From positions 1 through 64,000 of the IMG/VR virus record IMGVR_UViG_3300042261_002391: 64,000 bases of DNA. The stretch is one strand, 5' to 3'. The notes below the pieces were generated by a model that was not told where the DNA came from, searched no databases, and was given only the letters and a program-made list of their open reading frames with translations. Position numbers and translations under genes: made by a program. This DNA comes from a virus. How positions within the stretch are numbered: the first letter of the stretch is position 1; each line of letters opens with the position of its first letter. Shown one piece after another: positions 53,776-63,520 of the stretch.

Positions 53776-54366
53776 TTATTTTTTTCTGTTTTCGTATTTT
53801 AAGTATCTTTCTTTTCTTGCAGAATTTTTATTTTTAGATGTAAATGTATCCAATTGACTATTACAATTAGAACAAACTAATCGTAAATTTTCTCGTTTAT
53901 TATTTGAAGCATCACCGTTAATATGGTCTAGCACAAATACTAAAGGTTTCCCATTCCAAAAATTTTCAATACCACAAATCGCACATTTATTATCTTGTTC
54001 TTTTAATACGTGTTTTTTTACAAACACAGGCATATAATCGGCTCTACAATATTTTTCGTTATTTTTTAAAAAATCTTCGTATTTTATTTTTGCCTTATAT
54101 TCAAACTCACATGTTTTATTACAATATTTCCCACAATAATAATCACATTCTTTACCACAATTAAGACAATAAACAATCTTTTTTTTACCCTTATTTGCTG
54201 GAACAAAATTAATTGGGAATTTAGCTCTCCTTGGTAATGAAATTCCTAAACTATTACATATTTTTTTTATATATGTATCGGAAACATTATACATTTTACC
54301 GATTTCACGATATGTTTTTTTTTCAACAAAAATTAAATTTTCTAATTCTTCTTTAATGTATTTCAT
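53776..54366 (-). CDS. HNH homing endonuclease
   Basis: CAICG...LDHINGDASNNKRENLRLVCSNCN. Confidence 0.9.
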   Translation of the reverse strand: MKYIKEELENLIFVEKKTYREIGKMYNVSDTYIKKICNSLGISLPRRAKFPINFVPANKGKKKIVYCLNCGKECDYYCGKYCNKTCEFEYKAKIKYEDFLKNNEKYCRADYMPVFVKKHVLKEQDNKCAICGIENFWNGKPLVFVLDHINGDASNNKRENLRLVCSNCNSQLDTFTSKNKNSARKERYLKYENRKK

Positions 54367-54449
54367 AATATTTTTTTATATAAATACTATGAATATTAAA
54401 ATCGAACTAAAAAATCAAAAATAAATTTTATTGTTATTGGTTCGATTAG

Positions 54450-54521
54450 TAGGGATTAGAGGATTCGAACCTTTACAATTTTGTTAGGAACAAAATATGC
54501 TATCCATTACATCAAACCCCC
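54450..54521 (-). tRNA. tRNA-Arg(CCT)
   Basis: TTTTG-TTCCTAA-CAAAA. Confidence 0.9.
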
Positions 54522-54649
54522 ATTTAATTTTCATCTGTTTTAATTGGTATATAAATAACCTCACCGCAACATAAACCATAGTCACTTCCATTAATTGGAG
54601 CTACTGGTTGATTACATTTAGGACAATATGCCATATGTTTTAAATTTAG

Positions 54650-54721
54650 TAGGAATTAGAGGATTCGAACCTCTACGATTTCGTTAGAAGCGAAATATGC
54701 TATCCATTACATCAAATCCCC
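54650..54721 (-). tRNA. tRNA-Arg(TCT)
   Basis: TTTCG-CTTCTAA-CGAAA; close paralogue of the Arg(CCT) gene. Confidence 0.92.
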
Positions 54722-55027
54722 GTTAGTGAACATTACCCTATTACCTATAGAGGCAAATATTATTTCTTTCTAAAGAAAACTTTTAATGGGTTTAATTTAG
54801 CAAAGATAAAGTAGAGTATAAAGAAAAATAGAGACAATAGGTAGAAAATAGAAATTGAAAACCAATAACTTCCCGTTGTGTCTATTAACCACTTCAGAAT
54901 AGCGTCGTAACCCATAGGATTGAAAAATGTTCCTAAAAAGAGGAACAGAGTCGCTAGTTTCTCCCTGTTTATTACCTTCATCACTTTCCATATTTTTCGA
55001 ATTAATAAATGTAATTTTTTTCATATG

Positions 55028-55101
55028 AGCCGAGGACAGGACTCGAACCTGCAACTTCCTGATTACAAGTCAGGCACTCTACCAATTAAAGTTACCTCGG
55101 C
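55028..55101 (-). tRNA. tRNA-Thr(TGT)
   Basis: CCTGA-CTTGTAA-TCAGG. Confidence 0.95.
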
Positions 55102-55550
55102 ATTGTTCTTTCTTTTCGACCATTTCCACGATTAGCACCTTTATATGTTGGTGTTAAACTATGACAATTAGGACATAAAAGTTTTAAATTTTCTTCTTTA
55201 TTATTCAAATAATTACCATCAATATGTTCGATTTCCAACGGTATTTTACCAGTGTATTGATTAACTTCAGACCATCCGCATTCAGAGCATTTGTTGGAGA
55301 ATTTTTCAAATATATATCTTTTAATGTGACATGATAATTGATATTCACCTCTCATTCCATCAACTAATCCAGCTTTCCATTTATCGATATACTCCAGATA
55401 TTTAATATCTGCGCCAATTTTTGCTTTTTCAGATGAATGTAATTTTGAGCAATCTTTGCAATATACCACCTTCCATTTTTTTATTTCGGAAGGTCTTCGA
55501 TAGATTGGTTTATTACAATCACTACAATTACAATTTGGTTTTCTCACCAT
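55092..55550 (-). CDS. HNH homing endonuclease; stop codon lies inside the tRNA-Thr 5' end
   Basis: CSECG...IEHIDGNYLNNKEENLKLLCPNCH. Confidence 0.9.
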   Translation of the reverse strand: MVRKPNCNCSDCNKPIYRRPSEIKKWKVVYCKDCSKLHSSEKAKIGADIKYLEYIDKWKAGLVDGMRGEYQLSCHIKRYIFEKFSNKCSECGWSEVNQYTGKIPLEIEHIDGNYLNNKEENLKLLCPNCHSLTPTYKGANRGNGRKERTMPR

Positions 55551-55567
55551 ATTTATTTTCTATTTTG

Positions 55568-55639
55568 AGCCGACTATTGGAATCGAACCAATATTTACGG
55601 GTTACAAAGCCGTAGTAATAACCGTTATACGAAGTCGGC
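55568..55639 (-). tRNA. tRNA-Thr(TGT), divergent second copy
   Basis: ACGGC-TTTGTAA-CCCGT (one mismatch); GCCGACT/AGTCGGC acceptor. Confidence 0.8.
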
Positions 55640-56377
55640 ATTTGTTATATTATATGACCAATTCTCTCTTTCACATGTGCTTTATATCTTTCGATATTTC
55701 TAACACTACCACGTGTTGCCGGGTGATAAATGAATTCATGCGATATTTGGTGCTTTTTAAGCTCTTTTTCGACCTTTCTGCCCATTGCTATTACAACACC
55801 ATTAAATGATTGAATATCGTTTATATCATCTTCAAATACGTTTTTAAACTCACATTCATTCCAATCAATTCCAATGTTTTCAACTGCTTTTGATAAATGT
55901 GCTGCAGCTAATCGCTTATCAACCCAAGTAACATTCATTCTAATTGCAGTATTACTTCTTCTTTCTCCGACAAATAAAAATCGTTTCATATTATTAATTG
56001 TTAATCATTTCGTTTTTAGATTCCAAAAATTTTTCTAAAATCAATTCCTTCCTGAATGTTGTTGTTACATATTCATCAATTTTATTCAAAGTTAGGTTTT
56101 TAATTAGTTCTTCAACAGTAATGTATTTACCTTCAGAATAAACCATTGGTGGATATGAAACACCTTTCCAAATACGTGGAGTAAAATATTTTACTCCCAG
56201 CCTTGCCCAACCATAGATTGCAATTTCTTTTGGTCTAATATTGGTGATTTTTTGGCATTCACTACAATAGCATAAAGAAACCGGAGCATAATCAGTAGAA
56301 TAAACACCTTCACTTTCCCGTTCTTCACAAAAATCACAAATTGTTGCGTTATTCATTCTTTTTATTTAAAAAGTTTG

Positions 56378-56449
56378 CGCTCCGAGGGAATTACGATATC
56401 CCAACCCTCACTTTAACAGAGTGACGCTCTACCTTTGAGCTACCGAAGC
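56378..56449 (-). tRNA. tRNA-Asn(GTT) with atypical T loop ATCGTAA
   Basis: TCACT-CTGTTAA-AGTGA; G73. Confidence 0.85.
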
Positions 56450-56631
56450 ATTTGTTTTAAACATCATCGATGTCTTTTTGTTTTTTCCTATCATACTTCT
56501 TTTTTGATGTATGAATTTTGTTTACTGTCACCCAACCAGTGGAATTTTCTAGTTCGGCTTCTCTCGACCCTTTTCTCGATGCGAGAACATAGTCCGATAG
56601 TTTCTTCTTTTTCATTTCACTAGTTTTTTTG

Positions 56632-56703
56632 CGCCCCGAATAGGACTCGAACCTATAATCTATTGGTTAACAGCCAATTGCTTCACCATTAAGCTATCGG
56701 AGC
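56632..56703 (-). tRNA. tRNA-Asn(GTT)
   Basis: ATTGG-CTGTTAA-CCAAT. Confidence 0.95.
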
Positions 56704-57396
56704 ATTGTTTATTTTTTCATGTAATTCAATATGACAATTAGCACATAGTAATATACATTTATCCACTTCTTTTTTTAAACGTTCGATTGAATAACTTTTA
56801 CCACTAACCGTAAAATCTTTCATATTTGGATTGGTGTGATGAAATTGTAACACACTTATTGACTTATCATATCCACAAATTTCACACTTACCTCCCTTAT
56901 ATTGAATTAACTCAATTTTTTTTCGCTTTCTCCATTCAATAACTGATTGAGATTTTGTTTTTGTCTTTTCCCTCTTAAATATTTTCAAATCGGGTATTAA
57001 TTTTCTCAAAGTATCTCTACTGGTATTAAAATGCTTTGCAGTTAATCTTAGTGATTTTACGGTATTATAGTATGTAATAATCTCATCAACATCAAATCTT
57101 TTTTTTACAGTATTAATTGGTTTATTTAACTTATATTTTCTACATATTTTAATTAACTTATCTTCACTAATGTCAACTATTTTAAGTATTTCATCATATG
57201 TTTTTTCTTCAATCCTTAATTTTTTTATTAATTCGATTGTCCTTTCATCAACGCCAAATAAAAAACTGTTAATATTACCACCAAGACCAGCATTATTTAA
57301 ATGATATGATACCGTACTTTTACTACAATTTAAGTTTTTGGCGATTTCATTAATACTTTTACCCCTTTTCCTTAATTCTAAAATTTTTTCTTTCAT
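56689..57396 (-). CDS. HNH homing endonuclease with HTH repeats; 3' end overlaps tRNA-Asn
   Basis: GGKCEICGY...LQFHH...KCILLCANCH..LH. Confidence 0.9.
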   Translation of the reverse strand: MKEKILELRKRGKSINEIAKNLNCSKSTVSYHLNNAGLGGNINSFLFGVDERTIELIKKLRIEEKTYDEILKIVDISEDKLIKICRKYKLNKPINTVKKRFDVDEIITYYNTVKSLRLTAKHFNTSRDTLRKLIPDLKIFKREKTKTKSQSVIEWRKRKKIELIQYKGGKCEICGYDKSISVLQFHHTNPNMKDFTVSGKSYSIERLKKEVDKCILLCANCHIELHEKINNAPIA

Positions 57397-57485
57397 ATTA
57401 TTAATACCGATGATTAACATCTTTTGTTAATAAATACGTATAACTGCAAAAAAGTTCGATTCTTTATCACAAAATTAATATTTTA

Positions 57486-57557
57486 GCTCTCGTATTGGAC
57501 TCGAACCAATCCCGCCCTGCTTCACGCAGAGTGTACCTTCCACTATACGAACGAAAT
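57486..57557 (-). pseudogene. Degenerate tRNA, possibly His(GTG)-derived
   Basis: D and T arms intact; anticodon arm CTCTG-CGTGAAG-CAGGG lacks U33; C73. Confidence 0.55.
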
Positions 57558-57656
57558 AACTACTACTCAACTTCACCGCTAAATTCCATTTTTTGTAGAG
57601 AACATAAATCTAATCAATGATGTTAGCGCATCATGTTTCAACTTCCAATTCTTTTG

Positions 57657-57730
57657 TAGTGAGGGTGAGGGTCGAACTCACACATCTTTTGCTTATAAGA
57701 CAAATGCCGTCACCATTTAGCTACCTCACC
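57657..57730 (-). tRNA. tRNA-Ile(TAT)
   Basis: TTTGT-CTTATAA-GCAAA; A73. Confidence 0.88.
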
Positions 57731-57951
57731 ATTTATTAACTACCATTCAATAGTAACATCTTTTACTGATTCAACATCAATTTCATGATAATATTTCCTA
57801 TGTTTTTTATTGAAAAGAGTGCTTCTAATATTATTAAAACTACAATCACTTGGGCAATGAATTAGTGCAGTTCCATTTCCTTTTTCTTCCGTGCCTTGAC
57901 AATAATATGTATAGGTATATTCAAGTAAAACATATTTCCATTCCATAACAA

Positions 57952-58353
57952 CTAACTTAAAATTTGTTTTACAATATTACTTACAATAATGTTATCAGCT
58001 TTTCCTTTGTACAGTGCATTAAATTTGCCCATTATCATTCCGAATGATTTCATGTCCAATGCGATTGCATAATCAGCAATAATTGAATCAACTGCTATCT
58101 TAATTTCATCATCAGACATTAATTCTGGTAAATATGCAGCATAGAAATTAGCTTCCTCGATATTTGAACATTCAATCGCCGAATTTTTCATTTGTTTCAA
58201 TACTTCAAACGCAACTGAATCGGGAAGATTTGTAGTCCCTTTACGCTGTAATTCACTTTTAATCATTTTCAAACGATTGATTAGCACGTTGTCACGATTT
58301 TTTTCTGCAAGTGCTTGTTTCAATTCTTCATTTACTTTTTCCTGCAATAGCAT
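57952..58353 (-). CDS. GatB/YqeY domain protein
   Basis: LKMIKSELQ...YLPELMSDDEI...GMIMG...GKAD. Confidence 0.8.
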   Translation of the reverse strand: MLLQEKVNEELKQALAEKNRDNVLINRLKMIKSELQRKGTTNLPDSVAFEVLKQMKNSAIECSNIEEANFYAAYLPELMSDDEIKIAVDSIIADYAIALDMKSFGMIMGKFNALYKGKADNIIVSNIVKQILS

Positions 58354-58427
58354 AGTTTCAATTTTTAAATTAACACACAAAATTAACTAAATAATTCAAT
58401 CTACCAAAATATTTGATAAATTTTTTG

Positions 58428-58501
58428 AGCAGCATCCCGGATTTGAACCGAGACCTCAACCTTGGAAGGGTCATATGCTAACCGTTAAACACCAATGCTG
58501 C
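58428..58501 (-). tRNA. tRNA-Gly(TCC)
   Basis: TGACC-CTTCCAA-GGTTG; U73. Confidence 0.93.
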
Positions 58502-58572
58502 TTATGTGATAAAGAGATAATCAATATGAAGCAATTAAATCGACATACCTCGAACTTTCCGTCATTACCTCG

Positions 58573-59634
58573 CTATAATGTCCGGGAGTTTATCTCTTCA
58601 CATTTTAAGTTAATTAAATCATCATAACTATATTCTTTATTTTCAAGTATTAATAATACAGAAAACCCCAACTTAATATATTCATTAAACTTATCAATAA
58701 TATTATTTTTATTTAATGTAAATTTTGATTTAATTTCAATTATTTTATTTTCATGAGGAATATAAAAATCTGGGATTGCTACTCTATATTTTTTATTAGA
58801 TGAATCCCAATATTTAATTCTAAAATACTCTACTTCATAATCAATTTTATTATTATCTAAATTAATTGCAAAATTTAATTCATATGAACTTCTATAGTAT
58901 ATTTTTTTTCCGTTCCATGTTTCATGCCAGCCATGTTTATATTGGTATTTAGTCTCTGAACTTAAAACATTATTGTTTAACTTACCTATCAAACATGCGT
59001 TAATTTCACTCTCGGATAGATTTCTAGTTTTAATACCAAATGATTTTAATATATGCAATATATTTTCAGAATTTTTATTATAATTATATTTAATTGCAAT
59101 ATCTTTAGGTGATAAATTATTGTCAAAATATTCCTTTAACAATAACTCCCTTATCCTATAATACTCTTCAAATATTTTCAATGTTCCAACAGAATCCAAA
59201 TCAAACCCAAATTCAATTAAATTATTAAACCATTTTTTTGAGTGTTTACATATTTCAATATTTACACATTTTTCCTGTCCACAAATTTTACATAATTTAG
59301 GTTTGTTATTTTTTTGTGACTTTATCGATAAAGTATTTTTTATTTTGTTCTTAGTTGCTTCACTCACTATTCTAATTTGATTATTGAATTTAGCTGAACA
59401 TGAATGTGAACAAAAATTAAGTTGTCTTTTATTCAATGAAGTATTACAAAATTTACATTTATTAGTACATTCAACTCTTCGTCGATTATATGTATTTAAG
59501 TCAAAACCAACAGATTTTGCAATATTTTTCAACTTTAAAATACCTGCAGAATTATCTGAAAATCCAAAATAAACATACGCTTCTGTTCTACTATTAAAAC
59601 TATTTAAAATATCAAACATTTTGCTATTTTCCAT
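58573..59634 (-). CDS. Putative homing endonuclease with TnsA-N-like PD-(D/E)xK domain
   Basis: YRSSYE...IPDFY...IIEIKS; N-terminal CxxC...FCSxSC; GTATTTAT upstream. Confidence 0.75.
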   Translation of the reverse strand: MENSKMFDILNSFNSRTEAYVYFGFSDNSAGILKLKNIAKSVGFDLNTYNRRRVECTNKCKFCNTSLNKRQLNFCSHSCSAKFNNQIRIVSEATKNKIKNTLSIKSQKNNKPKLCKICGQEKCVNIEICKHSKKWFNNLIEFGFDLDSVGTLKIFEEYYRIRELLLKEYFDNNLSPKDIAIKYNYNKNSENILHILKSFGIKTRNLSESEINACLIGKLNNNVLSSETKYQYKHGWHETWNGKKIYYRSSYELNFAINLDNNKIDYEVEYFRIKYWDSSNKKYRVAIPDFYIPHENKIIEIKSKFTLNKNNIIDKFNEYIKLGFSVLLILENKEYSYDDLINLKCEEINSRTL

Positions 59635-59731
59635 ACTAAAGTTTATAATAAATACTTACTTTAGCGGAAAAAACACGTTATGAGCCAAATATAATAAACA
59701 TATTTCCAAGGTTCATAATAATCATATTTCG

Positions 59732-59804
59732 TTGGAAAGGTGGAAATCGAATCCACTTAAACGGTTTTTCAAACCGTCAGATACACCACGTCTCTCACTT
59801 TCCA
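59732..59804 (-). tRNA. tRNA-Phe(GAA), atypical D arm
   Basis: ACGGT-TTGAAAA-ACCGT. Confidence 0.8.
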
Positions 59805-59841
59805 ATATTAAATTTCACATATAAAGAAATTCATATAAAAA

Positions 59842-59996
59842 TGGTTCTGGTGTGAGCCTCCTACTCACGTCTCCCGATGATATTTCGACCATCATAAATG
59901 TCTCGGAGATTATTGATGTATCAAACCGTATTGCCAAGTACGTTTACATTAACTTTCTACTGAACATTAGGTCAGCCTCTTATGCAATCCAGAACC
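59842..59996 (-). ncRNA. Candidate structured RNA of about 155 nt within the tRNA array
   Basis: Terminal stem GGTTCTGG/CCAGAACC; T-arm-like GTGAG-TAGGAGG-CTCAC; internal TCTCCG/CGGGAGA stem. Confidence 0.55.
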
Positions 59997-60070
59997 TTCA
60001 CATCTAAAGATTCATGACTTCTTTTCGATGCACAAACCAAAACGATGGTGTCCTATCCATTTTGGTTTTG

Positions 60071-60165
60071 AGGAAGAAGTCGGACTCGAACCGACACACC
60101 ACGTTCTTCACATGATTACTCGTAGTTTTCAAGACTACTCCCTTACCAATTAGGGTTATTCTTCC
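60071..60165 (-). tRNA. tRNA-Ser(TGA)
   Basis: GTAGT-CTTGAAA-ACTAC; long variable region. Confidence 0.9.
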
Positions 60166-60175
60166 ATTATTATCG

Positions 60176-60256
60176 TAGTGATGGTGGGATTCGAACCCAC
60201 ATTACCTTACGGTACACCTTATCAGGGTGCTGCCTTAACCAATCGACCACATCACT
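60176..60256 (-). tRNA. tRNA-Ile(GAT) with extra variable hairpin
   Basis: GCACC-CTGATAA-GGTGT followed by ACC-GTAA-GGT. Confidence 0.88.
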
Positions 60257-60319
60257 ATATTTTAGTAATACTATGCATTAATTATTGAAAAGCGATAATT
60301 TTCGCATAATATTACTATG

Positions 60320-60394
60320 AGCACGGAGTGGGATTTGAACCCACGACTTTACAGTTTTGCAGACTGTTGCCTTTGACCACTCGACCATCCGTGC
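60320..60394 (-). tRNA. tRNA-Cys(GCA), copy 2, first gene of the array
   Basis: Near-identical to 29121..29195. Confidence 0.95.
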
Positions 60395-60423
60395 ATTATT
60401 TTTACCCAACATGTCAATGAACT

Positions 60424-60459
60424 AAAACAAAAAACCCGAAACTTTTGATTTCGGGTTTT
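60424..60459 (-). terminator. Intrinsic terminator (attenuator) ahead of the tRNA array
   Basis: AAAACCCGAAA-TCAAAAG-TTTCGGGTTTT-TTGTTTT; alternative pairing partner TTGATTCGGGT at 60503-60513. Confidence 0.85.
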
Positions 60460-60478
60460 ACTTTATGCTTAATATTCT

Positions 60479-60613
60479 TTACGAACCTATCGCATCCTCT
60501 ACACCCGAATCAATTACAATATTTCTGCCTGTAATGTTAGAACAGAATATACCATTTCCATTGCGACTTGATGTCCCAAAATTTGAACTTGATATGGTTG
60601 TAAAAGTATTCAT
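60479..60613 (-). CDS. 44-aa leader peptide MNTFTTISSSNFGTSSRNGNGIFCSNITGRNIVIDSGVEDAIGS
   Basis: A-rich initiation region; lies between promoter and terminator; composition mirrors the downstream tRNAs. Confidence 0.8.
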   Translation of the reverse strand: MNTFTTISSSNFGTSSRNGNGIFCSNITGRNIVIDSGVEDAIGS

Positions 60614-60656
60614 CGTTTTTATTTTTAATTGTTAATATTAATTCGTTTTCATCTAA

Positions 60657-60695
60657 ATACGTTGCAAAGGTAAAAAAGGTTACACAATTTGCAAA
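60657..60695 (-). promoter_or_regulatory. Overlapping ECF-type and host-type promoters for the leader/tRNA array
   Basis: TGTAAC-N17-CGTAT overlapping TTTG-N19-TACCTTTG. Confidence 0.7.
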
Positions 60696-60763
60696 CATTT
60701 TTCAGGAAAAAATGAAAAAAAAATCATTAATTTTTATAAGTATTTAATTTTCAAACATATCCA

Positions 60764-63520
60764 TTATGTGGTTACATCAACAATTTTTATTGTATTATCA
60801 CTACCATCAATATATTTTAGCTTAATTGTACCTGTAGATGTTTTAATAATTTCCTTAGAATAGTCGGCAAAGATATGTGTTGCACTTGAAAAATCAATTC
60901 CGACAAAATTAATATTACCAAATATCATATTTTGTTGAAATGTCACTCCCGATATTGGTATATTAAAATATGAAACCAAATGACCGAAAGTATTTAAATT
61001 ACTACCACTTGATAATGTGATATCTATACAACTATCTCCAAATATATTATTAAAACAATTATCATTCAAATGGATGCTATTGCAAGCAACTCCAAATATG
61101 TTTGAATCACACGTAATGCTCAAAAAATTACCATTACAATGATTGCCAAATACATTATTAGTGCAATTCTCACCAATATTGTTATACATACATTTATTAC
61201 CTAAAATAATTGAGTTACAATGACTGCCAAAATTGTTTTCCACACAATTAAAACCTAAAACTGTTGAGGTAACTCCTGATGAAAATACATTTGATATATT
61301 AGCAGCACCTAAAGTACAATTATTTAACCCAAATCCCGATGTATTTATTTGACAATCATCGCCAAAAGTGTTTGAGGTACACTCATCGCCAAAAGTGTTT
61401 GTGGAATTATTTGAATCAAAACGATTAAAGCCACAAGTATTGCCAAAAGTGTTCGCATAACAGTTATAGCCAAAAATGTTCCCATAACAAGTATTGCCAA
61501 AAATATTTTCATTACAACCATCACCAAAAATATTTGAATGACAACTATTACCAAAAGTATTTGAACCACAATTATCACTAAAAATATTTGAATAACAACT
61601 ATTGCCAAAAAAATTCACTGAGCAACTATTGTTAAAAGTATTTGAATAACAGCTATCGCCAAAAGTGTTTCCATAACAAGTATTGCCAAAAATATTTAAA
61701 TAACAACCTACGCCAAAAGTGTTTCCATAACAAGTATTGCCAAAAATATTTAAATAACAACCTACGCCTAAAGTGTTTGAGCTACAATTATTGCCAAAAA
61801 TATTTTCACTACAACCATCAGCTAAAATATTTCCACTACAGTTAATGCCAAATCTGTTATTATAAGAGCCACCGCTTAAAGTGTTTAACCTACAAATATC
61901 ACTAAAAATGTTTTCATTACAACCATTAGCTAAATTATTGGTATTACAGTTATCACCCAAAATATTTGAATAAGAACCACTAAATACATTATCATAACAA
62001 CCATAACCCAAAGTATTGTTATAACATATATTATTAAAAATATTATTATAAGAATAACTTCCAAATTTATTGTAATAACAATTATATGTTAAAGTATTAT
62101 TATTACAATTATCAGCAAAAGTATTGTTAGCACACACACTATATAACGTGTTTGAATAACATCCATCACCAAAAGTATTATTTACAGAATTATTACCTAA
62201 AAAATTTGACTGGCAACCACCATTAAAAATATTTGAAGAGCAATTATTTCCAAACGTGCATAAACTAAAATTTTTTCCTAAAATATTAAAATTACATGAC
62301 TTACCAAAAACATTTGACTGACAATAATCACCAAAAACATTCGAGGCAAATTCCCTTCCAATAATATTATTATCACACCCATTACCAAAAGTATTTGAGT
62401 CACAGTTTATACCAAATATATTACGAGTACAATTATTACCAAAAGTGTTTGATGTAAATAAATCGGAAATAGTATTTAGCTGAAAATCAGCCCCATATTT
62501 ATTATTAGTAATTGAAGAGAATTGGCTATCAATATTACTATTAGATAAATAAAATACGTTATTTTGTAATATCGATGGGATGTACCCTGTTTGGCTATTT
62601 ACGCCATTAATTATTGAATCGAAAATATTATTCTTAACTAATAATTCATATGTATTATACTCATCAAAACCTTGAAACGTTAAACAGTCAATATAGTTCG
62701 AATAACCATCAGAATAAGACATATAGCTCCAATATTGTGTTATATTGTAGTCAACAATTTTTGCCCAAGATGTATCATCTGTGACATCATTTAAATTATC
62801 ATCAATTACACTAAGATAAACACCACCTGTAGAACCTGTTACTTGTACATAAGTATTTACGCTGTATGCAGTCCCACCACTCCACTGAGGATATCCATTA
62901 GTATCTTCAGTAAACAAATATCTTCTGAATTTAACATTTCTAAAGTCATACCCTAAGCTATTATTGTTTTTTACGTCATGTCTTTTATATATAACACCCT
63001 TAAAATCAGGTATTAATGTAACATTAGTTAAATCAGGATTTAAAGCTGTGCCACCAGCATTTTCAGCAGTCGCAAAACCATAATCTAGCATCCAATTGTT
63101 TGGATTCCAGTCGTAATAAATTATATCTTGTGGATATTGTTGTGAATATGCTTGTGGATAGAATTCGCTAATTGTACTTGCTTTAATAATTAGCGGTTCT
63201 AAGTTCCCAACATTAATATCATCAAGTCTATCGTAACCATCAAACATATAATGAACAGTTCTATAATCATTTATTCTATAGAAAGTATTGGGTGTTAATC
63301 CGGAGGTAGTTGTTAAACCAGTTAATTGATTATAAGTTAAATTAATCACACCTGCAGTATTACCACTGATTTCAACAAAATATCCTTCACCATTGAGATA
63401 GGTGTCTGGGTCTTGTGATAGTGTAGTATTTATTGGTGATGATGATACATAAACATCGCCAGTTCTAAGATAATTTCTATAATCGGAAACTGAAAGTTTA
63501 TCTAGTTCTTGTGTTGCCAT
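60764..63520 (-). CDS. Large virion/fibre-like protein with 9-aa NxFGxxCxx beta-solenoid repeats
   Basis: Dozens of N(T/I)FGxxCxx units; QWSGGTAYSVNTYV CBM5/12-like motif; GTATTTAT upstream. Confidence 0.75.
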   Translation of the reverse strand: MATQELDKLSVSDYRNYLRTGDVYVSSSPINTTLSQDPDTYLNGEGYFVEISGNTAGVINLTYNQLTGLTTTSGLTPNTFYRINDYRTVHYMFDGYDRLDDINVGNLEPLIIKASTISEFYPQAYSQQYPQDIIYYDWNPNNWMLDYGFATAENAGGTALNPDLTNVTLIPDFKGVIYKRHDVKNNNSLGYDFRNVKFRRYLFTEDTNGYPQWSGGTAYSVNTYVQVTGSTGGVYLSVIDDNLNDVTDDTSWAKIVDYNITQYWSYMSYSDGYSNYIDCLTFQGFDEYNTYELLVKNNIFDSIINGVNSQTGYIPSILQNNVFYLSNSNIDSQFSSITNNKYGADFQLNTISDLFTSNTFGNNCTRNIFGINCDSNTFGNGCDNNIIGREFASNVFGDYCQSNVFGKSCNFNILGKNFSLCTFGNNCSSNIFNGGCQSNFLGNNSVNNTFGDGCYSNTLYSVCANNTFADNCNNNTLTYNCYYNKFGSYSYNNIFNNICYNNTLGYGCYDNVFSGSYSNILGDNCNTNNLANGCNENIFSDICRLNTLSGGSYNNRFGINCSGNILADGCSENIFGNNCSSNTLGVGCYLNIFGNTCYGNTFGVGCYLNIFGNTCYGNTFGDSCYSNTFNNSCSVNFFGNSCYSNIFSDNCGSNTFGNSCHSNIFGDGCNENIFGNTCYGNIFGYNCYANTFGNTCGFNRFDSNNSTNTFGDECTSNTFGDDCQINTSGFGLNNCTLGAANISNVFSSGVTSTVLGFNCVENNFGSHCNSIILGNKCMYNNIGENCTNNVFGNHCNGNFLSITCDSNIFGVACNSIHLNDNCFNNIFGDSCIDITLSSGSNLNTFGHLVSYFNIPISGVTFQQNMIFGNINFVGIDFSSATHIFADYSKEIIKTSTGTIKLKYIDGSDNTIKIVDVTT

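Noticed and set aside
60764-63520. Diversity-generating retroelement target (Asn-rich repeats)
   Set aside because: No reverse transcriptase or TR/VR pair differing at adenines in the window.
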